From Balneolales bacterium (lineage in GTDB: Bacteria > Bacteroidota > Rhodothermia > Balneolales > DATFMH01), in assembly GCA_035266485.1 (NCBI GenBank), contig DATFNI010000181.1, forward strand, positions 1-42,026: a stretch of 42,026 nt of DNA. Direction: 5' to 3'. Below, in pieces: positions 19,166 through 27,295 of this stretch (position 1 is its first letter; each line of letters begins with the position of its first letter). The notes beneath the pieces were generated by a model. That model was not told the DNA's origin. It worked only from the letters and a program-made list of their open reading frames with translations, and made no database searches. The position numbers were made by a program, and so were the translations under genes.

Positions 19166-19168
19166 ACA
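19148..19168. repeat. (GTAAACA)x3 heptamer array covering the ilvD stop codon
   Basis: Three perfect units at 19148-54, 19155-61 and 19162-68. The ilvD TAA (19163-65) lies inside the third unit. Confidence 0.7.
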
Positions 19169-19193
19169 ATTACAAGTCATGCAAAGTAAACTT

Positions 19194-19235
19194 CCAATTC
19201 CCGTGCGATTGGATAGGAATTGGCACTACCTTTTT
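19194..19235 (+). terminator. Possible ilvD terminator
   Basis: CCAATTCC (19194-19201) / GGAATTGG (19216-19223) with a 14-nt loop. The TTTTT run starts 7 nt after the stem. Confidence 0.35.
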
Positions 19236-19287
19236 AAATAGCATGAGGTTTGAATAAGGTAATTGAACTGATCCCAAACACAAAGAT

Positions 19288-19447
19288 GTCATCCTGAAGT
19301 TGTTTTGCCTGCAAAACAACGTAGGATCTCGTGGCAAAGGGCAACGAGTCCTTCATGTGTAACGGTCGATGCCGGATGCCACGAGATCCTTCGCCCCAAT
19401 ACGATCGTTTCCTGGCTAACAGGTACAGGAATGGGGCTCAGGATGAC
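19288..19447. repeat. 160-bp nested-palindrome element between convergent ilvD and argH
   Basis: Outer inverted repeat GTCATCCTGA (19288-97) / TCAGGATGAC (19438-47). Inner inverted repeat GGATCTCGTGGCA (19324-36) / TGCCACGAGATCC (19377-89). Local hairpins include GTTGTTTTGC-CT-GCAAAACAAC (19299-19320). Confidence 0.6.
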
Positions 19448-19502
19448 AGAGCAAGTGTAGTAGTGCAGAATTGAGAAGTGTAGCAATTACGGATAGTCAT
19501 TT

Positions 19503-19543
19503 CAAAAAAAAGGGACGCATCCCGTTTCGCAAGATACGCCCCG
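19503..19543 (-). terminator. Intrinsic terminator of the arg operon
   Basis: On the minus strand, GGGGCGUAUC / GAUGCGUCCC (10 bp, two G-U pairs) is followed by U8. It lies about 60 nt past the argH stop. Confidence 0.75.
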
Positions 19544-19603
19544 TTGGAGGACTTGATGAGTTAGGTCCCTTCTGTAGTTGTAGTGTTCTTAGCAGATCAC
19601 GAT

Positions 19604-20959
19604 TTAACTCAGCAATTGGTCTTTAACTTCTTTCCACTTTGTCTCCTCGTTTTCAACCCAAGCCGACAGCTTTTCGATGGCATGATTGAAATAGGAGGTA
19701 TCACACTGGCCGGGAGCCCCCAGGTGATGGTAGCATTCACTTAGTTCTTCTTTGGATGGAATCGGATTGTTGGCATACTCCCTGGCCGCTTTTCGATATG
19801 CCTCACGGAAAGGCATGCCGCAAAGGGTTAGAGAATTAGCCAGATGTGTTGCAAAAAGTGAGGAATCGAGTGCTTTGTAGCAGGTATCTTCGTTAAATGA
19901 GACGCCTTTGAGCGCTTTAGATGAAGCATCGCACAACTGAATCGTACGGCTTATGCCGGCCATGGTCAGCTTTTTGATTGTCTGCAAATCACGATGATAC
20001 CCGGATGTCATGTTTGTGGTAGTGGCCTGTAATTGGGTGACCAGTCCCTCAAACTCATGCGAGAATCCGCGGATGAGTTCCCATACATCCGGGTTTTTCT
20101 TCTGGGGCATGATACTGCTGCCGGATACCTGGTCATCACTTAGTGAGATGAATCCTTTATCTGCTCCGGCATAAAACACGATATCAGCTGCCAATTGGTT
20201 AAAAACATTGGCTCCGTATTGCAGGGCATGCAGGAGACGCAATCCCTGATAACCGCGTGACAACTGAACCGTATTTACAGAATATTGCACATTCCCGAAA
20301 CCGAGGAGACGTGCATAAAGCTCGCGATCGATATCAAAATAGGGTACGCCAAAGCCTGCTGCCGCTCCAAGCGGAGAGGTATCAATGGATGCATAGGCTT
20401 GTTTCAGTGATTCGGCCGCAGAAATGAGCAGCTCGATATAACCGGAGCACCACGCATCCACCGAATTGGGCATGGCAGGTTGCGTATGAGTGTACCCCGG
20501 CAGAAATACGCCTTTGTAATTGATCCCGACCGTTCTGAGTGCCTTTATGACACCGATCCATTTGTCCAATATCTTCCTGATGTTCTCTTTTGTATAAAGA
20601 CGGGTATCGGCAATTACCAGATCATTCCGGGAACGTCCGGCATGGATTTTTTTCCCTGCGTCTCCCAACTGATCAGTAAGATGCCGCTCTATTGCCGAGT
20701 GAACATCTTCATCAGCCTTCGTGAGGCCAAACTCCCCCTCTTCCCATAAGCGATAAACACTTTTGAGCTCATGTAACAACATATCGGTATCCTTCTTGTC
20801 CAGAAGTTTCGCCTTATGAAGCACATGAACCTGGGCAATATTACAGATAATATCGTAGGGGATCAGTTGTTCGTCACAGAGTCTGTCTTCCGCTGCCGTA
20901 AATTCGAAAAACCATGCAGAATGAACCTGTTGGTCGTCTTTTTGCCAAACCGTTTTCAT
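19604..20959 (-). CDS. argH: Argininosuccinate lyase
   Basis: 451 aa with the fumarate-lyase signature GSSIMPQKKNPD, plus HAGRSRND and GYTHTQPA. Confidence 0.95.
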   Translation of the reverse strand: MKTVWQKDDQQVHSAWFFEFTAAEDRLCDEQLIPYDIICNIAQVHVLHKAKLLDKKDTDMLLHELKSVYRLWEEGEFGLTKADEDVHSAIERHLTDQLGDAGKKIHAGRSRNDLVIADTRLYTKENIRKILDKWIGVIKALRTVGINYKGVFLPGYTHTQPAMPNSVDAWCSGYIELLISAAESLKQAYASIDTSPLGAAAGFGVPYFDIDRELYARLLGFGNVQYSVNTVQLSRGYQGLRLLHALQYGANVFNQLAADIVFYAGADKGFISLSDDQVSGSSIMPQKKNPDVWELIRGFSHEFEGLVTQLQATTTNMTSGYHRDLQTIKKLTMAGISRTIQLCDASSKALKGVSFNEDTCYKALDSSLFATHLANSLTLCGMPFREAYRKAAREYANNPIPSKEELSECYHHLGAPGQCDTSYFNHAIEKLSAWVENEETKWKEVKDQLLS

Positions 20960-20961
20960 AT

Positions 20962-22014
20962 TCAGGAGAAATATTGAGTGATTAGATCCTGGTACACTTT
21001 TACGCCTTTGTGAAGCTGTTCGATTTCGATATGTTCGTCCCTGGTGTGGGATACCTGGCTGTGTCCCGGACCGATTTTTACCGTCGGGATATCATGCAGG
21101 AACACCCAGTCGGAACTGGTAGGCGACCCGAATCCATCCTGGCCGGAAGCTTTCAAGGCGGAAGTGACCACTTTATGCTTTGGATCGGTACTTGTGGCCA
21201 CGTATCGATCGCTGACTACCGAAATTGATGCGTTCAGTTTTTCAGAGAGCGTATCAATAATATGCTGATTGGATACTTCCGGGATGGTTCGGATATCGAG
21301 GTAGAGATCAGCTTTTTCGGGAGCCATGTTTTTAGCTGTTCCACCTTCAATGATCGTAGGGGTGATTTTTACCCCGCCAATCAGATTATTCTTAGTATCA
21401 AAGGCGATGTTCTTTAAATCAGACAGGACTTTTCCCATCTCATAGATCGCATTCTTGCCCTTCATGCGTGCCGCATGACCGGATTCGCCTCTGGTCGTCA
21501 CTTTCAGGATGAGCATCCCTTTCTGGGCAATGCATGGGGCAAGCGAGGTCGGTTCGCCGACGATGGCGGCATCAGGATCCTCGATGTGATTGCGCAGGAA
21601 GGCCATACCATTATTTACTCCGGCACTTTCTTCGCAAACAGTCAGCGCCATGGTAACACGGCCGTCAGGATTGAATCCGTTGTTTGCCAGCTCGAGCAAT
21701 GAGGTGATCATCGTTGAACCGCAACCCTTGGCATCGGTGCTGCCACGTCCGTACATCTTCCCATCTTTGACAATCGGGCTGAAGGGGTCTCCCACATGAT
21801 CCGGCGACGGCGGTACTACATCTGAATGGCTATTGAGCATCAGCCACGGTCGGCCATTACCCACATGGATCATTAAATTATTTTCGATTCGTTCTAATTG
21901 AACGAGTCCGGTTCCATTCAAATATTGTTCCAGCCAATCTACAAGTGGCTTTTCCTGGCCACTTAACGTGGGAAACTGGATCATCTTTTTTAAGAGATCT
22001 TCAACCTGGTGCAT
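20962..22014 (-). CDS. argE: M20-family deacylase (ArgE-like; N-acyl-ornithine or N-acyl-citrulline deacylase)
   Basis: 350 aa with NSHSDVVPP, GRGSTDAKG, CEES and GESGHAA. It is embedded in the arg operon, 2 nt from argH. Confidence 0.75.
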   Translation of the reverse strand: MHQVEDLLKKMIQFPTLSGQEKPLVDWLEQYLNGTGLVQLERIENNLMIHVGNGRPWLMLNSHSDVVPPSPDHVGDPFSPIVKDGKMYGRGSTDAKGCGSTMITSLLELANNGFNPDGRVTMALTVCEESAGVNNGMAFLRNHIEDPDAAIVGEPTSLAPCIAQKGMLILKVTTRGESGHAARMKGKNAIYEMGKVLSDLKNIAFDTKNNLIGGVKITPTIIEGGTAKNMAPEKADLYLDIRTIPEVSNQHIIDTLSEKLNASISVVSDRYVATSTDPKHKVVTSALKASGQDGFGSPTSSDWVFLHDIPTVKIGPGHSQVSHTRDEHIEIEQLHKGVKVYQDLITQYFS

Positions 22015-22028
22015 GTTTCCTGGGTTGG

Positions 22029-22808
22029 TTAGTGTGTTAGTTGTAGTTGAGTGCCTTGTTTTAAGGCAAGATCGGACGGAGCACAGATGATGACTTCATT
22101 TACATTGTGCTCGAGAGCTTCAAAACCATGCTGTAATTTTGGGATCATGCCCTCGGAAATCCATCCGTCTTTGGATCCCTGGTTAAAAAGTTGGGGGTTG
22201 AGTTTTGCAATGCGTGAATGCGACTGATTTAAAACTCCGCCGGCTCCGGTTACCAGGTAGAGAGTCTCGCATCCCAGCGCACTGGCCAGTGCGGAAGCCA
22301 GCGTGTCGGCATTGATATTCAGCAGCCCGTGATCCTCCGACCAGCTCACGCAGCCGACGACCGGCACAAATCCTTCCCCGATCAATATTTTCAGGATCTT
22401 GGGATTTGCCTGATGGATGTCGCCAACGAGGCCGAAATCAATGGTTTGTCCGTTTTCTATCGATGTTGGGCGTCGTTTAGAGGTCGTCAGCATTCCGTCG
22501 GCGGCTGTCATGCCCACGGGATTGAGTCCATGACCCCGGAACAGGGTGACCAGCCGTTTGTTGACGGTGCCGGCCACTACCTGCACGAGGATTTCACGCG
22601 TGGCATCATCGGTGATTCTTCTGCCGTTATACTTGGTTATGGCAATTCCGAGTTGGTTGCTGAGTGAGTCAATCTGTTTGCCTGCCCCGTGGACCAGCAC
22701 GACGGGGCGATTTTCTTCCTGTTGTTCTTTAATCCACTCTGCGAGGATGGACAGTTGCTCATCCTTCTCTATTAAATCGCCGCCGATTTTAACTAAGACA
22801 GGTTCCAT
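22029..22808 (-). CDS. argB: Acetylglutamate kinase
   Basis: I chose the start at 22808 (MEPVLVKIGGDL), which gives 259 aa. VHGAGKQI and NINADT motifs are present. It overlaps the argF' 3' end by 16 nt. The 80-codon N-terminal extension in the track lies inside argF' and is rejected. Confidence 0.85.
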   Translation of the reverse strand: MEPVLVKIGGDLIEKDEQLSILAEWIKEQQEENRPVVLVHGAGKQIDSLSNQLGIAITKYNGRRITDDATREILVQVVAGTVNKRLVTLFRGHGLNPVGMTAADGMLTTSKRRPTSIENGQTIDFGLVGDIHQANPKILKILIGEGFVPVVGCVSWSEDHGLLNINADTLASALASALGCETLYLVTGAGGVLNQSHSRIAKLNPQLFNQGSKDGWISEGMIPKLQHGFEALEHNVNEVIICAPSDLALKQGTQLQLTH

Positions 22809-23860
22809 AGTTTCATTAATAAAGCTTTCTGGATGTGCAGGCGGTTTTCCGCCTCCTGAATGTGAATGGCAGACTTGCTGTCCAATACCTGGTCGGAGAC
22901 GACCACATTGCGTCGGACCGGAAGGCAATGCATGAAATGTCCGTTGTCGGTCAGTTTCATATCGGATTCGGTTACGGTCCAGTCGCTGTATCCCTTGCGG
23001 ACACGTTCTTCTTCTTTGGGATCCGAATAAATCATGCTTCCATGCCACGATTTGGCATAAACGACGTTAGCTCCTTTCAGACCATCACTCTTTGAATGGC
23101 TGACCTGGAATTTGTCCGAATATTGTCTTAGCTGATTGAGCGTTTTTTCACCGGGTGTCATTTCCTCCGGACACGCAAGGGTGACATTTGCGCCGCTTCG
23201 TACAAATGCTTCCAGAGCTGAGTTTGGAACAGCCCTGGGCAGCGGCTTCGGATGTGGCGCCCAGCGAACAACGACGTTCACATGGGATAGATCATCACCA
23301 TAAACTTCATGGAGTGTCATCCAGTCGGCCATCGATTGGCAGGGGTGAGACTGGGCACTCTCCAGGTTGATGACCGGCACTTTGGAAATTTCGGCGATCT
23401 TGTGGATCAGGCTGTCCTGGGTGTCGGCTTCTTCGTCGGAGAGGGAAGCAAAATGACGAACACCGAGCGCATCCACGTAGGATGTGACGACGGCCACCAT
23501 TTCACGGAGATGCTCCTGCGCGTTTCCGTCCATCACCACACCGTCATTCGTCTCGATATTCCAGGAGCCATTGCCCGGCTGAATCGATGTGATTTTGGCA
23601 CCGATATGGCTGGCAGCCACCTCGAACGACATCCTGGTTCTCAGGGACGGGTTGTTGAACAGGAGGCCCAGCACCTTGTCTTCCGCAACAGGTGAACGGA
23701 AGTTGTCGCGTTTGAGCTGCAGGCCCAGTTGAATGAGTTCAACCAGTTCTTCATTCGTCCAGTCCGACAGTTTCAGGAAATGGCGTAATTCCTTTGTCTG
23801 CGGTCGATGGTTGGTAACAACACCGTTTGAGTAGGTTTTCTGATCAACTGCTAAATGCAT
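22793..23860 (-). CDS. argF: N-acyl-L-ornithine carbamoyltransferase (AOTCase/SOTCase class, ArgF')
   Basis: 355 aa. It has SLRTR instead of the STRTR of classical OTCase, plus HPCQ and HCLP. The canonical ornithine-binding SMG loop is absent. GSWNIETNDGVVMDGNAQEH resembles the 80s loop of the acyl-ornithine enzymes. Confidence 0.8.
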   Translation of the reverse strand: MHLAVDQKTYSNGVVTNHRPQTKELRHFLKLSDWTNEELVELIQLGLQLKRDNFRSPVAEDKVLGLLFNNPSLRTRMSFEVAASHIGAKITSIQPGNGSWNIETNDGVVMDGNAQEHLREMVAVVTSYVDALGVRHFASLSDEEADTQDSLIHKIAEISKVPVINLESAQSHPCQSMADWMTLHEVYGDDLSHVNVVVRWAPHPKPLPRAVPNSALEAFVRSGANVTLACPEEMTPGEKTLNQLRQYSDKFQVSHSKSDGLKGANVVYAKSWHGSMIYSDPKEEERVRKGYSDWTVTESDMKLTDNGHFMHCLPVRRNVVVSDQVLDSKSAIHIQEAENRLHIQKALLMKLWNLS

Positions 23861-23889
23861 GACAAGGTATCAATTAAAGATGAATAAAA

Positions 23890-24912
23890 TCAGAGTACCG
23901 ATCCGGGTTGCTGAAGGCCGGAGTGTTCATCCAGACCATACATGATGTTCAGGTCCTGTATGGCTTGTCCGGCTGCACCCTTGAGTAGGTTGTCGATGGC
24001 GGCGCACACCACAACGGCGTTCTCTTTTTGCTGCCATCCGATATCGATATAATTGCTTCCGACAACATGCTTCAATTGAGGAGTCTGGTCACCGATGCGT
24101 ACGAATGAAGCATGTTTGTAGTATTCGTTATACAAATCACTAAGAGAGATAGAATGACTAAGGGTGAAAGAGGCGGTCAGCCAAATGCCACGGACGAACG
24201 GGCCCGAAACAGGTGTAAAACGAAGGTCCGCATCATGTCCGGACAGTGTGGATATGGTCTGGTTGATTTCACCCAGATGTTGGTGCTTTAATACCTTGTA
24301 GGCCTTCATGTTGCCGGTTCGGTAGGAAAAATGAACCGCATCGGATAATCCGGTTCCCGATCCGGATGAACCGGTTATGGCCGTGATATGATAGGTATCG
24401 GCCGCATCCCGGATGATAGCAGGTAGTAACGCCAGCTGTATGGCTGTGGCGAAGCAGCCGGGAACAGCTACGTATGAAGATTGAGCAATATCATCATGAA
24501 AGAATTCAGGTAATCCGTATACAAACTGATCCAGCAGACCGGCATAAGCGTGCTCATATCCGTAGTAGGTTTTGTAAGCGTCTGCTTGCTTCAGTCGGAA
24601 ATCAGAACCGATATCGACGATTTTCCCCTTATAGCCATCATCCAGCACGGCAGCTATGGGTTGAGCGGACTGTCCGTGAGGCAGCGCGAAGAGAAGGACA
24701 TCCGCACCATCATTGAGAAGCTGATCCATCCCTGAAAAAGACCGGTCGATAGTGCCCCTGAATGCCGGGAAGAGATTGGAGAACGATTCTCCGGCATTAC
24801 GATTGGCATAGATCGTATGGAGCTGAAAATCCGGATGGCCATGAATGAGACGAACAGCCTCCATGCCAGCCAGACCACTACCACCGACAACCGATACAGA
24901 GATTCCTTTCAT
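23890..24912 (-). CDS. argC: N-acetyl-gamma-glutamyl-phosphate reductase
   Basis: 340 aa with VVGGSGLAG and the active-site segment PGCFATA. Confidence 0.9.
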   Translation of the reverse strand: MKGISVSVVGGSGLAGMEAVRLIHGHPDFQLHTIYANRNAGESFSNLFPAFRGTIDRSFSGMDQLLNDGADVLLFALPHGQSAQPIAAVLDDGYKGKIVDIGSDFRLKQADAYKTYYGYEHAYAGLLDQFVYGLPEFFHDDIAQSSYVAVPGCFATAIQLALLPAIIRDAADTYHITAITGSSGSGTGLSDAVHFSYRTGNMKAYKVLKHQHLGEINQTISTLSGHDADLRFTPVSGPFVRGIWLTASFTLSHSISLSDLYNEYYKHASFVRIGDQTPQLKHVVGSNYIDIGWQQKENAVVVCAAIDNLLKGAAGQAIQDLNIMYGLDEHSGLQQPGSVL

Positions 24913-24915
24913 GGA

Positions 24916-25995
24916 TCAGGCAACCTGGATTTTATGGTTTCCCGAACGCTCGGGATTGTTCAATTCGTCGAGCACATATTCGACAAGGGTATTGGGATGC
25001 TGCATGGCGTTGGCAGCCTGGATACCAAGAGTTTTTGTGATATATCGAACACCAACGATGTTGTCTGTAACGGGTCCGGTTATCAGGTTGAGTTCGTGAT
25101 TGTATTGCGAACGGAAGAGTTTATCGAGTGCCCAGCAACCAGTGAGATCCTGTGCGGCCGCCACATGAACGGCAATATGTTGCTGGATCTCCTTATCCAT
25201 CAGTAGATTGTCAACGCCGTATGCACCGATCACACCGTCTCCGAATTCTAGAACGATCGCATCAGGCGAATAGGAATTCAGATGCTTGATCAGGCCTTTA
25301 GCCATCGTGACTACGTTTTGATGGGTCGTGGAAACGAGTCCGGCTTCTGAGAAGTTGGTGCAAACAACGGCGCCTTTATCTTTCATCGCTTTGGTGTCGC
25401 GCAGGAGGCTGGCACCTGTAAGCTTAGCTGCTGCAACGCGCAATCCTTTTTGCGTCAGCTTTTCTATGATGGAAGAAGCGGCGTAGGTCTTGCCGACGTT
25501 CATGCAGGTTCCTGTGACAGCGATCAGGGGAGCACTGTGGGGGAGATGGTCCTCCCATTCAATGGCAAAGTCGCTGATCGACGCGTGCTTGTAGGTATCA
25601 TCATGGTAGATCATTACTGCGCCGATCACTTCGACTCTGGTTGCCGGACCATAAGCAGGGTAATCAGACTGGCACAATCCGATGATCCCGCCCATATTTA
25701 AAATGTGAAGAATGTCGCCTTTTTTTATCTGACGCGGCACGATGCCGCTATATCCGCGTAGTGCCTGACGCTCGCCGAGTGTTCCAACGAGGATTTTATT
25801 ACGTTTGAGGGTTATGAACTCACCGTTACGTAGCTCAACCTGGTTGTAGGTAGTCTTTTCATCCAAAATGCGTACCGCAACCAGGAAACCTTCTCTGGCA
25901 ACGATGTTGTCTGAGACGATCAGATGATGATCCATAGGCACATTGCTTGTGCTTGAGGAGATGATATCCGCGTCCAGAATCTTGCTGTTCTCCAT
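24916..25995 (-). CDS. Uncharacterised two-domain protein with a dethiobiotin-synthase/CobQ/DUF1611-like P-loop, embedded in the arg operon
   Basis: 359 aa. The N-terminal ~150 aa look beta-rich. The segment IAVTGTCMNVGKTYAAS then has the GTxxxxGKT pattern, followed by VLEFGDG. It sits 16 nt after argG and 3 nt before argC. Confidence 0.7.
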   Translation of the reverse strand: MENSKILDADIISSSTSNVPMDHHLIVSDNIVAREGFLVAVRILDEKTTYNQVELRNGEFITLKRNKILVGTLGERQALRGYSGIVPRQIKKGDILHILNMGGIIGLCQSDYPAYGPATRVEVIGAVMIYHDDTYKHASISDFAIEWEDHLPHSAPLIAVTGTCMNVGKTYAASSIIEKLTQKGLRVAAAKLTGASLLRDTKAMKDKGAVVCTNFSEAGLVSTTHQNVVTMAKGLIKHLNSYSPDAIVLEFGDGVIGAYGVDNLLMDKEIQQHIAVHVAAAQDLTGCWALDKLFRSQYNHELNLITGPVTDNIVGVRYITKTLGIQAANAMQHPNTLVEYVLDELNNPERSGNHKIQVA

Positions 25996-26011
25996 GGTGT
26001 TATTACCTGTT

Positions 26012-27205
26012 TTACTGTTTATTGCTCAAAATTGATGCGATGCCGTAAATTTTGCTGAATGCCCTGGCTTCTTCGCCATTCCAGAGCTGGCTGCTCTCGC
26101 CATACTGAGCCTTGCCGTTCATCAGCGAGTTTGGCGACTCTACGCCAAGAGGAAATGCATTGCCTCTGTATAAATACAGATTCGTGGTTCCGTCTACACG
26201 TTCCTGAGTAGCATCCAGGAATGCCTCGATGTTACGCATGACCGGGTCGAAATACTGTGCTTCATGCAATAACATACCGTAATAGTCAGACAGGGTATCT
26301 TTAAGATGACGTTGCCATTTAGTCAGAATTTGTTTTTCAAGTTCGCGGTGTGCCGTATAAACCAGTGTGGCAACAGGGGCCTCAAAACCGATACGGCCTT
26401 TAATGCCGAGGATCGTGTCGCCGGTATGCATGCCGCGGCCAATCCCGTGTTCGACAGCCGCCTTTTTGATAGACTGTAATAAGTTAAGTGGTGTATCCGA
26501 TTCTCCGTTCACTGCAACAGGAAGTCCCTGTTCGAACGTAATGCTGAATTCTTCTGCTTCGTCATTAAAAAGATGGGGAGCCTTCAGTTCAGGAAACGCC
26601 TCGGGTGGCAGTGCCTTGTTTGGAGTCAGTGTTTCATAACCGCCAATCGTGGTGCCCCAGATACCGGCATTGATGGAATAAGGAGCTTTCGAACCGTCCC
26701 GATCCATCGGGACAAAACCCCCCTCTTTAAGAATCTTGATTTGCTGCTCCCGGGTGAACTTCTCCTCGCGGATAGGGGTGATGATCTGCATATCGGGATT
26801 GACCACGCGTAGCGCCACATCAAAACGAACCTGGTCGTTTCCGGCACCCGTAGAACCGTGAGCTACAGCATCAGCCCCGATATTTTTGGCATATTCGGCA
26901 ATGAGCATTGCCTGGATGAAGCGCTCGGCGCCAACGCTAAGAGGGTAGGTTCGGTCTCGTAAGACATTGCCCTTTATCAGATAAGCAATAATTTTAGAAT
27001 AAATCAGATCCGTACCATCGAGGGTGGCATGCGAATCGGCGCCCAGGGCAAGTGACTTTTCTTCGAGCTTGTCCTTTTGTTCGGAAGTCATGCCAAGGCA
27101 ATCCACGGTTACGGTGTGAACCTCGCAATCGTATTTCTTTTTCAGATACGGAACACAAAAACTGGTGTCTAAACCACCGCTAAATGCGAGAACAATCTTA
27201 TTCAT
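26012..27205 (-). CDS. argG: Argininosuccinate synthase
   Basis: 397 aa with AFSGGLDTS and HGSTGAGNDQVRF. Confidence 0.95.
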   Translation of the reverse strand: MNKIVLAFSGGLDTSFCVPYLKKKYDCEVHTVTVDCLGMTSEQKDKLEEKSLALGADSHATLDGTDLIYSKIIAYLIKGNVLRDRTYPLSVGAERFIQAMLIAEYAKNIGADAVAHGSTGAGNDQVRFDVALRVVNPDMQIITPIREEKFTREQQIKILKEGGFVPMDRDGSKAPYSINAGIWGTTIGGYETLTPNKALPPEAFPELKAPHLFNDEAEEFSITFEQGLPVAVNGESDTPLNLLQSIKKAAVEHGIGRGMHTGDTILGIKGRIGFEAPVATLVYTAHRELEKQILTKWQRHLKDTLSDYYGMLLHEAQYFDPVMRNIEAFLDATQERVDGTTNLYLYRGNAFPLGVESPNSLMNGKAQYGESSQLWNGEEARAFSKIYGIASILSNKQ

Positions 27206-27226
27206 AAATCGAAAACACTGGTTATT

Positions 27227-27264
27227 AAAACAAAAAAAGGCAGAACCGGGAAAGTTCTGCCTTT
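27227..27264 (-). terminator. Leader (attenuator) terminator 21 nt upstream of the argG start
   Basis: On the minus strand: AAAGGCAGAAC, loop UUUCCCG, GUUCUGCCUUU, then a U-run continuing as U7-G-U4 to 27227. Confidence 0.75.
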
Positions 27265-27295
27265 ATCTGAAATTCGAAAAATCTTTTACACGAAA

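Noticed and set aside
19289-19486. 65-aa ORF between ilvD and argH.
   Set aside because: It coincides almost exactly with the nested palindromic element. It has no start context, and its sequence is dictated by the inverted repeats.
22809-23048. 80-codon N-terminal extension of argB in the ORF track. Similar extensions occur for leuC (10056-10094), the aspartokinase gene (27707-27799), thrC (30404-30433), the four-helix-bundle gene (31872-31904), the aminotransferase (33717-33767), ilvE (6938-6973) and ilvB (16453-16479).
   Set aside because: The extensions overlap the upstream gene or run through repeat arrays, and some use non-ATG starts. Family-typical N-termini begin at the internal ATG codons.
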